In this document: piece after piece, positions 48,304-58,119 of the stretch
How positions within the stretch are numbered: position 1 is the first letter of the stretch
Layout: each line of letters begins with the position of its first letter
DNA from: a virus
Taxonomy: Duplodnaviria > Heunggongvirae > Uroviricota > Caudoviricetes
DNA: 64,000 nt
Virus record (IMG/VR): IMGVR_UViG_2690316068_000002
Strand: one strand, 5' to 3'
Position numbers and translations under genes: made by a program
Notes under the pieces: generated by a model
Database searches by the model: none
Seen by the model: only the letters and a program-made list of their open reading frames with translations
Told to the model about the DNA's origin: nothing

Positions 48304-50412
48304 TCACTTCAAAATGATACGAGATAGTTCAGTAACTACAGATGAACCAAGACTATCAACGCTCGTTACCAGGGCATGATTTGAGTAAAATCTCTCCGGT
48401 GCGTCAGTCATGATGCCAATTGCCATCAAATCAATGTCAGTCTGCGTTTCAATTTGCTTCGCAACCGAACGCAAATGAGCGTCAAAACCTCTCCCAACAG
48501 CCCACGGCTCGCCATCGCTCAGAACAAGCATGATCTTCCTGTCCTCCATGCGACCGGAAAATAACGATGCAAGGCTGGCTATGCTTTCACCATCCACGTT
48601 ATTAAGAAGTGGGAATGTGTAGCCTACGCACCCCATACGTGAGCGAACTTCGCGAGAATTTACCTTTTCATTCCAATTTTTGATGATAGGTAGCATTAAA
48701 GATTCAAAGCGAGAGAACTCATACTTGACAGCCTTAAGTTCTCCTGCCGCCATATGACTACCAAATGTAGTGAAGCCGGTGATAATGTTGGGAACATTTA
48801 TTCGATCAAGGGCATCGGCGATGGTATATGCACTTGCAAGAGCCAATTGTATCGTTATACCCCTCATTGAACCTGATAAATCAATCACTTGTTGAACACA
48901 GGCGTTAACGGCTTTAGATTCTTCTTTTTTACGAAACACGCGATCATCATTCATTGCTAATCTGTAGATACTAGAACCATGAATGCGCCCCCGACGCTGG
49001 CCCGGTATAAACTGAACTCTGTTTCTGCTTGCTATTGCTCGCTCCAGGTCTTTTGCCAGCGTCGACGAAACACCTGACGAAAGATGCTTTTCAATATATT
49101 TGTCGAAGAGCTGGTTGCCTTCAGGAACGATGCGATAGCGGCTGATTGGACATCCTCCTAAATCAATATCGGAGAATGTTTTAATAAGCCGTTTGATATG
49201 GGCTTCTGCCTGATCAATCGAGCCGATGAAGTCGTATGAGCGATTGTATGGCCTGTATTCGCTTTTCGAGCTTTCTGTTAACTCGCTTTTAATCGTTTCG
49301 GATAGAGCATCTTCTGTCATGCCTCCGACTTCATCTTCTATGCTATCCAGCTCCTCTAAAGCCTCTTCCAGACTCATTTTTGACGGAGTTGGAATATCTG
49401 AAGAGCCGTCTTCTGTCGTTTTTCTTTTTTCGTGGTCAGCGGTTAATGATTCTGACGCCGCGTTATCAGAAGCATCAGAATCTGATACCTCTTTATCATT
49501 TTCTGTATCATCGAATATTGTTTCTGATGATTCAGAATTATCTGAATCATCACTGTCGTTATTATCATGTTTGTGCTTACTGTGTGATTCTGATTTGATA
49601 GATTTGTGATTATCTAACGATGAGGGTGTCTCATGATCTTCGTTGTCTTCATTGTTTTCTCCAGAGGCATCCGTCTGGTCAGCGTCTGAAGGATCGGAAG
49701 TTTTTCCCGGAGCTGACTCCTTACCTTTGCTTTCACTTTCAGTGTCTTTGAGGATCTTAGCTATGGTCGCAGCCACCTTTACACAATCCTCGGTGCAAGA
49801 CATGTTACGCACGGCCACATCGATACCATGTTCTTTTAATAATGAAATTGGTTTCTCAATGACAGGCCAGTATTCATCCATGAAATCTACGAACGGTGCT
49901 TGGCCATCCCAGGCTCTTACAACCGGACAGAGAAAGAAGTTTAGAAAAAGCGCGCGCTGATCTTTGCCACAATAAGCAATAGCCTCTGAAGCCTTTGGTT
50001 TAAAGACTTTTTCGATTATAAGGCGCTGAGTTGCCATCAGATTACGTCTTGTTCCGTTAAAGACCTGACCCATTTTTCGCTCGATGAACACGTCTTCTAA
50101 GGCATTCCATAGCGACCAGGAAGGAACGCGTCCTTTTTCTCTCATTTTGTTGGACACACGAATATCGGTAAACAAAATGTGAGCAACCTCATGATCGAGA
50201 AATCCGCGCACAGCATTCATCAATGCCGGTGTTGCGTTATCCGGGATTGATGGGATGTTTACGAGAATTGGCTCTCCATCATCGTTATAGCGTACATAAG
50301 CGTCGTCCCCTCGTTCTGCAACAGGGATGTTTTTACCTGAAAGGAGAGCGACTACTCGTTTTACACTGTCACGGAAGTCCTGAACCTCTTTGATGGAACG
50401 TTTTTTAGACAT
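48304..50412 (-). CDS. von Willebrand factor A domain protein, CobT-like
   Basis: 702 aa; MIDAS motif DLSGSM; long Asp/Ser/Glu-rich region. Confidence 0.6.
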   Translation of the reverse strand: MSKKRSIKEVQDFRDSVKRVVALLSGKNIPVAERGDDAYVRYNDDGEPILVNIPSIPDNATPALMNAVRGFLDHEVAHILFTDIRVSNKMREKGRVPSWSLWNALEDVFIERKMGQVFNGTRRNLMATQRLIIEKVFKPKASEAIAYCGKDQRALFLNFFLCPVVRAWDGQAPFVDFMDEYWPVIEKPISLLKEHGIDVAVRNMSCTEDCVKVAATIAKILKDTESESKGKESAPGKTSDPSDADQTDASGENNEDNEDHETPSSLDNHKSIKSESHSKHKHDNNDSDDSDNSESSETIFDDTENDKEVSDSDASDNAASESLTADHEKRKTTEDGSSDIPTPSKMSLEEALEELDSIEDEVGGMTEDALSETIKSELTESSKSEYRPYNRSYDFIGSIDQAEAHIKRLIKTFSDIDLGGCPISRYRIVPEGNQLFDKYIEKHLSSGVSSTLAKDLERAIASRNRVQFIPGQRRGRIHGSSIYRLAMNDDRVFRKKEESKAVNACVQQVIDLSGSMRGITIQLALASAYTIADALDRINVPNIITGFTTFGSHMAAGELKAVKYEFSRFESLMLPIIKNWNEKVNSREVRSRMGCVGYTFPLLNNVDGESIASLASLFSGRMEDRKIMLVLSDGEPWAVGRGFDAHLRSVAKQIETQTDIDLMAIGIMTDAPERFYSNHALVTSVDSLGSSVVTELSRIILK

Positions 50413-50510
50413 GGCTAATCCTTTGTTATGAAAACAAATTATTTACTAGTGTGTTTAATGTAGCACTGCGCGAACAGGGAACTAAGCCATTCGCGCAGGG
50501 AGAAGAGGGG

Positions 50511-50723
50511 TTAACAGATTCTGACGGCTAAAGACCAGGAGCCGGTATTGAGAAGCGTGAAGCGTTTGTTGTTAAGTTCGAATATAAAGCCAGTTGTGTC
50601 ATTCACACCAACCTGAATCTGCTCATTCGGTAGATCGGTGAGGATGTCAGCTACACACTCATCAGCTAATTTCTGTACGTGTCCGATCTCAAGAGCGATT
50701 AGGCTGGAAATAGTGGTGTTCAT
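50511..50723 (-). CDS. Hypothetical protein
   Basis: 70-aa ORF. Confidence 0.4.
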   Translation of the reverse strand: MNTTISSLIALEIGHVQKLADECVADILTDLPNEQIQVGVNDTTGFIFELNNKRFTLLNTGSWSLAVRIC

Positions 50724-50974
50724 TCAATCAATCCATTCTAACTTATACTATGGTAAGGAATACTACTAAAATTTGTATCAATACTGAATACATTCATATC
50801 ATATGCAAGTTGATTTTCTTACCTGTTTTGGGCTAATTTTTCTCCGTGCAATGGCCTTTAACCGGTCTTTTAAGTGCCTATCGAAAAAAATGATAATAGC
50901 TTTACAACCCTAACCTTTGATGTAATATCGGTAAGCACTTACCAGAGAGAATTGAACGCGCAAAGGTTGTAACC

Positions 50975-51361
50975 ATGTCTGATAACAAGATTGAATTTAT
51001 AGAAAGTCGCTACGCTGCTTTTATCGCAGGGTTGATTGAATCCTCACCTATGAGCCAGGCCCAGATAGCCAAAACAATTGGGTATAAAAACGCCAACAAC
51101 CTTTCTTTAATTAAAAGCGGCAAAATTCCTTTGCCTATCGATAAGGTTCGTCCGCTGGCGCTGGCACTGGGCATTGAGCCAAGTCGTCTTATGATGATGG
51201 TGCTGGAAGAACGCCAACCCGAACTCGCAGCATTTTTATACAAAGAAGGCACTGCTCCTCTTAACGAGGACGAAAAACAGGTTCTTGCTGCATATAACGA
51301 GCGATTCGGTAAAGAGAAAGGCGCATCACAAAAGGTTGTTGAGGCCATAAAGTCTCTATGA
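50975..51361 (+). CDS. HTH (XRE/Cro-CI family) transcriptional regulator
   Basis: 128 aa; SQAQIAKTIGYKNANNLSLIKSGK HTH; convergent with integrase. Confidence 0.6.
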   Translation: MSDNKIEFIESRYAAFIAGLIESSPMSQAQIAKTIGYKNANNLSLIKSGKIPLPIDKVRPLALALGIEPSRLMMMVLEERQPELAAFLYKEGTAPLNEDEKQVLAAYNERFGKEKGASQKVVEAIKSL

Positions 51362-52459
51362 AAAATTTACACGAATAAGCTCTGTTGATAGACGATCTCC
51401 CTTAAATTTGTGGTCAATTTCGTCTAAATCCGGTTGCTCTACGATTGATGCGATGTACGTCGAGAAACTTTCTAAGGCGTCTCGCATCTCGTCCATATAA
51501 TCGTGCCGGTCGTAGACCCGATCTATCCCCTCAAGACTGTGGTTCATGATTTTACGTGATACCTCCTGGCTTATGCCTAATGCTGGGAAGTAACTACGCG
51601 CAGTACGGCGCAAATCTCGGGGTGTAAATGGCTCAAGCTCCATCAGTTCTGGTCGTTCCAGAATACGACGTAATGCCTGGGCTATTGCCACTTTAGACAT
51701 AGGAAGGTCTTTCCCGATTTTTTTATTCGAAGGCACGAGCCACTGGCTGTCTTTACCATATTCGAACAACTCTTCAATACAAGTGCGCATTAATGAGCTT
51801 AAAGGCAGAGAATGCTCACGGGCAGATTTGTTCCTCTTGCCTTGATTCCAAACCCCACGCTTAAGATTGAACTCACTTTTTTTAGCCCGCAGTACTTCGT
51901 CAGGTCGTCTTGCGGATACAAGACATAGCCTGGCCGCCCATTTTGTACCAGCACACACATTGAAGTAGTCCCATATATTCCAGAACACCCATACCTCTGC
52001 GTCGGTCAGCTTCCGCTCGCGAGGTGTGGGCTTTGCGCCACCGGCAACTTTGTTAAGTGACATATCGTTTAACGGTGACACGTCTATCATCCCCTGGAAG
52101 GCGCACCAGCTAAGGAACTGCTTCATCAGAGAGAAAACGCGGCGGCCCATAACAATTTTGCCATCCAGTATTAGTGGGTTGACCAGTTGGTTCACCATGA
52201 ACCTATTAATGTCACTTACTTTTACATCGGCAATGTGCGGCAAAACATGTATCAAAATACAATGAACAGCGATCTCTGGCCGACGTCTGGTTATCAGCAG
52301 AGATAAGCGAGTGAATAACATGAATGCGTCCGAGAATCTCATGTCATTGCTGACCTGGGAGATCATAACGGCCTGCATTTGAGATGCTCTTTCGAGATAC
52401 TCTATCGCCTCTTTTGAGGTGTTCTCCGCAGCGCGTGCTCTGTCAAAGCTATTTTTCAT
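51356..52459 (-). CDS. Tyrosine recombinase / phage integrase family
   Basis: 367 aa; C-terminal RDLRRTARSY...NHS...VYDRHDY catalytic motifs. Confidence 0.8.
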   Translation of the reverse strand: MKNSFDRARAAENTSKEAIEYLERASQMQAVMISQVSNDMRFSDAFMLFTRLSLLITRRRPEIAVHCILIHVLPHIADVKVSDINRFMVNQLVNPLILDGKIVMGRRVFSLMKQFLSWCAFQGMIDVSPLNDMSLNKVAGGAKPTPRERKLTDAEVWVFWNIWDYFNVCAGTKWAARLCLVSARRPDEVLRAKKSEFNLKRGVWNQGKRNKSAREHSLPLSSLMRTCIEELFEYGKDSQWLVPSNKKIGKDLPMSKVAIAQALRRILERPELMELEPFTPRDLRRTARSYFPALGISQEVSRKIMNHSLEGIDRVYDRHDYMDEMRDALESFSTYIASIVEQPDLDEIDHKFKGDRLSTELIRVNFS

Positions 52460-52557
52460 ATGACAATCACCGAGTTACGCCGATGCACTGTATAAGTAAA
52501 CAGTATATTAGGCATAGATTCTTATAGGATCAAGAGTAAAAGTAACTCATTTTCAGC

Positions 52558-52590
52558 AATGATTCCATACATAGTAGGTATGGAATCATT
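52558..52590. promoter_or_regulatory. Palindrome upstream of integrase: inverted GTATGGAATCATT
   Basis: aatgattccatac-N7-gtatggaatcatt; single copies of the 13-mer recur near 55402 and 56414. Confidence 0.5.
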
Positions 52591-52671
52591 TAGACGTCGT
52601 TTTTTAAATTTTAAGGTAAACAGGAGTGAGTTTGGTGGGGAATAAAAAACGGCTCCTGTGAGCCGTTAAAA

Positions 52672-52920
52672 TCAGAGGGTGCTGACGTATGCAGCCAGTT
52701 CTGTGTATCCGCCAATCGGCTGGCCATCGATCAGCACCTGGGGGATAGTCTCTACCGGTTTATCAACAATTTCACTTAGTTTTTCCTTGTCGATACCGGC
52801 AGTGGTGATGTCGATGTACTCATAATCACCGTAGCCATGTCCCTTTAGTTGCTTCGCCAGCTCAACCGCACGTTTGCAGTATGAGCAGTTATCTCGTCCG
52901 TAGATAACGACTTTCATCAC
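52672..52920 (-). CDS. Glutaredoxin (Grx1-like)
   Basis: 82 aa; VVIYGRDNCSYCKRA CxxC site; aligns with E. coli GrxA. Confidence 0.85.
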   Translation of the reverse strand: MMKVVIYGRDNCSYCKRAVELAKQLKGHGYGDYEYIDITTAGIDKEKLSEIVDKPVETIPQVLIDGQPIGGYTELAAYVSTL

Positions 52921-53102
52921 TTCACCTCGTGCAACTGCTGTTCATTAACGATGATTGTGTCAATTTCGTAGCCGTGGATGCGTGGCTTTGGCTTCACTGC
53001 CTGACGAGCTGCGCGACGCGCCTGTTTACGTTTGTTTCCCATATAGAGTCCTTTCAAGTGAGTAAGTGTCGTGACTATAGCTAAAATGAATAGGTGAGTC
53101 AT
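52917..53102 (-). CDS. Hypothetical small basic protein
   Basis: 61-aa ORF, 4-nt overlap with grx. Confidence 0.3.
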   Translation of the reverse strand: MTHLFILAIVTTLTHLKGLYMGNKRKQARRAARQAVKPKPRIHGYEIDTIIVNEQQLHEVK

Positions 53103-53191
53103 TACCTATTTAATGTGTTTGGTTACTAAGCAGAAATGGCTTTGTGAGGTTGACACATTAGAAACGGCAAGACAGCTTTAAACTAGCTGAA

Positions 53192-54481
53192 ATGGTATGG
53201 TCGATTAGGTATCATTCAGTTTCAAAATTAACCAAAGACACTGATAAAATGCCTGTTTTGTTAATCCTCATACTTGGGACAGTGATGATTATTTTCTGGG
53301 ATACCGTCAAGGAAAACGTAGAGGTCATAGGTACACTTGCCACTTCACTTGCATTTTTCGCCACAGCATGGGCCGCTTACGAGGCAAGGCATAGTGCAAA
53401 GGCAGCAATGAGGGCCACTAGGCTGACGGCAGCTTCACTCCTTGAAATGAAAAAAGCCTCTTTTAAGGAATGGTACGGCATATTACTTGAACAGCATAAT
53501 AGATTACTTGAGGATGTTAACAAGACCTTGCAGGATGATAGGGAACTTAATGCAAAACTGGGAACGAATCTCATCAAGGCTATTTATTACCATGTAACCA
53601 AAAACTCCGTTTACATTAAATATATTAACCACATAGTTTTAATTCTTGATTATTTAGATAAAGACTTCTATTCGCCGTCATCAGCCGATTATGAAAAGAG
53701 AGCTTACATAGAACAGCTGCGCAACAGCATTAGTCCTAATGTAAGCCTGCTGATAGCTACATTCGGCCTTAATATTGACACTAATAAAACCTATGACGCA
53801 AAGAGGCTTTACAGCCTGCTAAGCAAGTATAACTTCTTCGAAGGCCAACTTTTTTTTGAAGAAGCAATATCGAAAGTTCATTATTTGGACTCTTATGCTG
53901 CTGTGATATTTGATAACGAATACCGAAAAGATGTAGAGTTTTATGTTGAAGAAATGGTTCGAGGTCGTGAGACCCCTAAAATCGATTCAAGATATCGTCA
54001 TTTAAGGGCTACGTTCGCAATTCTGTGGTCTTACAACAACCCCTGCCGACAACATTTGCTTCAAAGATTTAATGACCTACCTATGCATATGCGAAACAGC
54101 ATTGAGCTGAGGATGGAAAATGCAGCCGATAAAGTAGCTGAGTTCAACTCTTTGTTACTTGGTTTTATAGGCTGGGAGCTTAGAATCGCAGGTAATAAAG
54201 TGAGGGTGATCAAGGATGAAAAACATTTAAAGAGGCTAATAAAACTCAACGATAAGTATCCAATTCCCCCCCGAGAGAAAGGTATTCTGTTAACCAATGG
54301 TTTCACCAATAGATTCGCTGATGAGATTAAAAATAGTCTGTCTATGTATAAGTTAGAAAATGCCTATTTAGCACTCAACTCTAATCAACACAAAGAAAAG
54401 GTGATTGATGAAATTGTTGTTGAAGTTGAGAAAATTGTCGATAAATTTAAAGCAGAACTTGATTCTTTGGATTTCAACTAA
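53192..54481 (+). CDS. Hypothetical membrane-anchored protein (AT-rich, plus strand)
   Basis: 429 aa; N-terminal hydrophobic helix; lower GC than neighbours; own terminator. Confidence 0.5.
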   Translation: MVWSIRYHSVSKLTKDTDKMPVLLILILGTVMIIFWDTVKENVEVIGTLATSLAFFATAWAAYEARHSAKAAMRATRLTAASLLEMKKASFKEWYGILLEQHNRLLEDVNKTLQDDRELNAKLGTNLIKAIYYHVTKNSVYIKYINHIVLILDYLDKDFYSPSSADYEKRAYIEQLRNSISPNVSLLIATFGLNIDTNKTYDAKRLYSLLSKYNFFEGQLFFEEAISKVHYLDSYAAVIFDNEYRKDVEFYVEEMVRGRETPKIDSRYRHLRATFAILWSYNNPCRQHLLQRFNDLPMHMRNSIELRMENAADKVAEFNSLLLGFIGWELRIAGNKVRVIKDEKHLKRLIKLNDKYPIPPREKGILLTNGFTNRFADEIKNSLSMYKLENAYLALNSNQHKEKVIDEIVVEVEKIVDKFKAELDSLDFN

Positions 54482-54485
54482 GCAA

Positions 54486-54510
54486 AAAGGGGCCGAAGCC
54501 CCTTTAATTA
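54486..54510 (+). terminator. Rho-independent terminator
   Basis: aaaggggc-cgaa-gcccctt followed by T-rich tract. Confidence 0.6.
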
Positions 54511-54580
54511 TTTGCGCTGAAAAAAGTGTTGCTAGGATGTTAGCAAGCTATGGTTAAGAACGTCTGCCGCAATTGTCTAT

Positions 54581-54658
54581 CACAGCGTTGAGCGGTCTGG
54601 TTTATGTTAGCGGAGTCTTAATCTGGGTGATTAAAAGGCCAAACCGCTCAACGCTGTG
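54581..54658. repeat. Long inverted repeat (20-bp arms, 1 mismatch) abutting the 3' end of tRNA-Ser
   Basis: cacagcgttgagcggtctgg ... ccaaaccgctcaacgctgtg. Confidence 0.6.
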
Positions 54659-54660
54659 TC

Positions 54661-54747
54661 TGGCGGAGAGTAATGGAATCGAACCATCATCGCTTGCGCA
54701 ATGGGACGGTTTTCAAGACCGCTTGAGCACCATGCTCCCTACTCTCC
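54661..54747 (-). tRNA. tRNA-Ser (anticodon UGA), type II
   Basis: Hand-folded: GGAGAGT/ACTCTCC acceptor, G discriminator, encoded CCA, anticodon loop CUUGAAA, long variable arm, TTCGATT T-loop. Confidence 0.75.
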
Positions 54748-54960
54748 AGTTGTTGTGGTGCCGGGGGCTTCCCGGTGTCCTTTGGCTGGTTATCCACCGT
54801 GGACGGAGCCAATAGTCATCACAAAGGATCAATATAACCATTTCCCCGCGTGCGCTTAGCCGCATTCACCACAACGAAAAGAGCACTGTATGACGTTTGC
54901 ACGGACTTACGCTTAAAACAGGGCAGTCTCGGCGGTTCTCAATGCTCTTTCCTGTTGTGT

Positions 54961-55036
54961 TGGTGCCGGTTAACGGATTCGAACCGCCGACCATTCGCTT
55001 ACAAGGCGACTGCTCTACCAACTGAGCTAAACCGGC
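54961..55036 (-). tRNA. tRNA-Thr (anticodon UGU)
   Basis: GCCGGTT/AACCGGC acceptor, encoded CCA, anticodon loop CUUGUAA, TTCGAAT T-loop. Confidence 0.75.
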
Positions 55037-55040
55037 AATT

Positions 55041-55127
55041 TGGTGGGGAGTGATGGAGTCGAACCACCCGAGTCGCAATGACAGTAGATTTACAGTCTAC
55101 ACCGCTACCTCTACGGACTAACTCCCC
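55041..55127 (-). tRNA. tRNA-Tyr (anticodon GUA), type II
   Basis: GGGGAGT/ACTCCCC acceptor, encoded CCA, anticodon stem-loop GACUGUAAAUC, long variable arm. Confidence 0.75.
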
Positions 55128-55132
55128 TAAAT

Positions 55133-55207
55133 TGGCGATGGTGGGTGGATTCGAACCACCGACCAGTTGGTTAACAGCCAACTGCTCTACCGCTGAGCTA
55201 CACCATC
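55133..55207 (-). tRNA. tRNA-Asn (anticodon GUU)
   Basis: GATGGTG/CACCATC acceptor, encoded CCA, anticodon loop CUGUUAA, TTCGAAT T-loop. Confidence 0.75.
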
Positions 55208-55473
55208 AATTCGGCACTGCCAGTATTTATTACTCAACAGTGCCAATCGCGACGGTTTAGTTTCTGCCAGGAAACGCACCGCTACTTGCACTTTTCGTTA
55301 GTGCCAGACGCTTTCGACTTCGCTCAATAGTAGAAGGCAAAATCTTTAAGTAGATGATGTTTCTGAGGACAGCACCTACTTTGTAATTTATACAATGTGA
55401 TGTATGGAATCATTTGTTGTGAAAACAGGCACCAATGGCAACAGTGGTTAAACCTACACAACAATCCTGTCTT

Positions 55474-55595
55474 CACAACGTTGAGGCCACTACTCCGATT
55501 GAATGTTTGCCCAACATGTTACATATCAACGCTCGCCGGTATCTCTGTGAATAGAACCTTAGAATTGATAAAAATGTAATGGCCTCAACGTTGTG
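55474..55595. repeat. Long inverted repeat (15-bp perfect arms, about 92-bp loop) upstream of the tRNA cluster
   Basis: cacaacgttgaggcc ... ggcctcaacgttgtg; arm related to the 54581 repeat. Confidence 0.55.
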
Positions 55596-55985
55596 TGCTG
55601 GCTAACCATACCAGCCGGGCTACGTCGCCGCTTTTTAACCCAGTATAAACGACATAATTGAACAAAATGACGTAACAGGATGGGCGGTCAGTGGCTAAGA
55701 ATCCGGGAGTCATATGGAGTTGAAAATATACCAACCGCCCATTCTGTTACTTCATCGGAGGGAACATGAATGTTCCCTCCTGCGTTCTGCAATCACACTC
55801 GCTCAGTGTGTCCCATTTCGGTAACGAGGCTGGAAACTGACCTCGCTGGTGTTTGGCTTATTAGGCTACTGCCAGATAGACTTCTTCGTTTGCACTTGTA
55901 TTTAAGTTCAAACAGTCGCGTCTCAACGAAAACAAAGTCATCTTATACATAAAAGATAAGTAAGTAAATACTTATTATTGTATTT

Positions 55986-56276
55986 TTATTCGGTTGTGAC
56001 TTTTTTGATCAAGGCCACTCTACGACTAGGTGTTCTTGTGATGGTGGCAGTGAATCGTTTCGCTTGGATAGTAATGGTTTCGTTCTCCTTAAGTTGCCCG
56101 TAGCGAGTTTCCACCAGGGTGCCAAGACGCCACAGACCATCATCGATACGTTTATGACTAGCAAATTTAATCAGCAACAGTTTTACGACTAACTGACCTA
56201 CGTAAAAGGCGAATGCGACTCCGGCCGCTAAGCAATAGGTGGCCAACCACCAGTCCCAAGAAGTTAAATTGCTCAT
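55986..56276 (-). CDS. Hypothetical membrane protein
   Basis: 96 aa; N-terminal TM segment. Confidence 0.4.
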   Translation of the reverse strand: MSNLTSWDWWLATYCLAAGVAFAFYVGQLVVKLLLIKFASHKRIDDGLWRLGTLVETRYGQLKENETITIQAKRFTATITRTPSRRVALIKKVTTE

Positions 56277-56421
56277 TTTCTAACCTTTGTTTCATGAACT
56301 ACCCGATACACACGCTTTCCGATGCACAGTGTTTTGGTTTTAAGTTCCTGCTTAATTAAATCACGACAGATGCCGAAGCCGATAAGGAAGCCACTCATAA
56401 AAGCTAATGAGATGTATGGAA

Positions 56422-56637
56422 TCATTTTAACACTCCTGATTCTACTAATTGCTGTAGCAATACTTTCCCTTTATCAGTTAACTGGTAGTTGGCCGAACAC
56501 TTCGTTTCAGAAACGTTTGCAACCAACCCTAACCGCTCTAACTTAGCCCGCGTTTTAGGCTTCCAGTACTCAGGGAACTCTGACCACTTACTGATTTCAT
56601 GAAGCGTTTCCTTCTCCCGCTTACTTAATACGATCAT
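56422..56637 (-). CDS. Hypothetical protein
   Basis: 71-aa ORF overlapping the stop of the upstream small ORF. Confidence 0.4.
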   Translation of the reverse strand: MIVLSKREKETLHEISKWSEFPEYWKPKTRAKLERLGLVANVSETKCSANYQLTDKGKVLLQQLVESGVLK

Positions 56638-56800
56638 CCTTAATCTCCTTCACTGTGTGGGTTATTTCTACAATGCGATAAATACGACCGCGTCGTTCTA
56701 TAACACCGCTTTTAATGTAGTCATTGATGCAACTGGACATCACCACAATACCGATTAAAAAACCAACCGCTAAAAATGCAATCATCCAGCCGAGCATCAT
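56621..56800 (-). CDS. Small membrane peptide (59 aa)
   Basis: Hand-translated; ATGA overlap with ligase stop; single TM. Below ORF-track cutoff. Confidence 0.3.
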   Translation of the reverse strand: MMLGWMIAFLAVGFLIGIVVMSSCINDYIKSGVIERRGRIYRIVEITHTVKEIKDDRIK

Positions 56801-58119
56801 TCTTTATCTCCGATTCGATCTTCTGTATCGCGTAAGCAACGCGGCCATTTCAGTCGTGGGTGGCGTAAGCTGCCGTCCGGTGTTTTCTCGTGACAATGAA
56901 CCTCGACAATACGACCACGGTACTTCTCTTTGTTGTTCCAGATCTCGTCCAGATATTTATGCTTAATGCCGCTCGCACGAACGATGACGCCGTTTTCAAG
57001 ACGAATAACAATTTTTCCAAGTGTGTTGGCAAAACCAGAGTCCGGGTCGCCCGGCTCAAAGTCGATAATTTCACCATCTTCTGAATCTTCGTCTTTTAAC
57101 TTCCACCAGCTGCGGGTACGTTTAAACTCGTAAACAGAGTTCGGATCTTTGCCCATCTCCCCTTCTTCGTTATCGTCCAGGCGTTTCATGAAGCGTTCGA
57201 TGAAGTCTTCGTGGCTATGGATGATGTAGAACGGATGTAGGTGAATGTCTTGCGCGTAGTCTTCACTGCGATCGTTTTTGAACAACGCCACGAGAATAGC
57301 CAGGCGCTCTTTCAGCTTCATACCTGTCTTTGCATACTCTTTGGATTTAGCCTGTGCCCGCCATTCCGGTAGGAAGAAGTCGAAAACATGATAAATAGCG
57401 CCAATTGCCTGCACGTTCTTTTTGCGCAATGCAGATACGGACTGGTTAAATGAACCGGCTGTTCCTTCACCATCGAAGAAGATGTGTTTGTGGCCTGAAA
57501 GTTTGCCTAATTCGAGCATGGCTGGCTTTAGGTGATCGAGAGACGTGATTGGATTACCAGTACGAGAAAGGAAGTTCACCTCTTCCTCGTCAACAATAAC
57601 CTCACAAATTACTCGCAAACCATCGAGCTTAAGGCTGCCAATCATCGGCCATTTGGCTTTAGGATTTGGCTTGAAGGGGTATTTGTCGCCTTTTTCTTTA
57701 TACGGTGACGCCAGCTGCACCTCAAATTTCGGAATGGGATTTTCAAAAACCTTGTTGCATAGGCTAATCCCAACGCCAGCTTTCGGATCTTTTAAGAGGA
57801 AACGACGGAACACGTCCTGCCCATCGGCGCACATTGACGCCACGATAGACTCAACAGCAGCTATTGCTGCGTTCCCCGTCAGCTCGCGAGAGGCCAGCTT
57901 ATTCAGTATATCAATGGCTTTTTCGTCACTTGGGACGGACTCACTAAGCGGCTCTGCCACTTTGTATTTCTTTACCCCAAAACGGATGAAAGGGTTGAGC
58001 ATCAATGAAACCATGCTTTGCTCGAAGTCATCCATGTTGGCCAATGCCTCTTTTTTTGCATTGGTTCCCATAGCTTTCATTTCGTCCAGCTTATGCTTAA
58101 GTGCGATCAACTTTTTCAT
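56797..58119 (-). CDS. ATP-dependent DNA ligase
   Basis: 440 aa; adenylation motif I KLDGLR. Confidence 0.8.
   Translation of the reverse strand: MKKLIALKHKLDEMKAMGTNAKKEALANMDDFEQSMVSLMLNPFIRFGVKKYKVAEPLSESVPSDEKAIDILNKLASRELTGNAAIAAVESIVASMCADGQDVFRRFLLKDPKAGVGISLCNKVFENPIPKFEVQLASPYKEKGDKYPFKPNPKAKWPMIGSLKLDGLRVICEVIVDEEEVNFLSRTGNPITSLDHLKPAMLELGKLSGHKHIFFDGEGTAGSFNQSVSALRKKNVQAIGAIYHVFDFFLPEWRAQAKSKEYAKTGMKLKERLAILVALFKNDRSEDYAQDIHLHPFYIIHSHEDFIERFMKRLDDNEEGEMGKDPNSVYEFKRTRSWWKLKDEDSEDGEIIDFEPGDPDSGFANTLGKIVIRLENGVIVRASGIKHKYLDEIWNNKEKYRGRIVEVHCHEKTPDGSLRHPRLKWPRCLRDTEDRIGDKE

Noticed and set aside
54573-55260. Five small ORFs (60-80 aa) on both strands across the tRNA cluster
   Set aside because: They overlap four well-formed tRNA genes and start with TTG/GTG; coding there is implausible.
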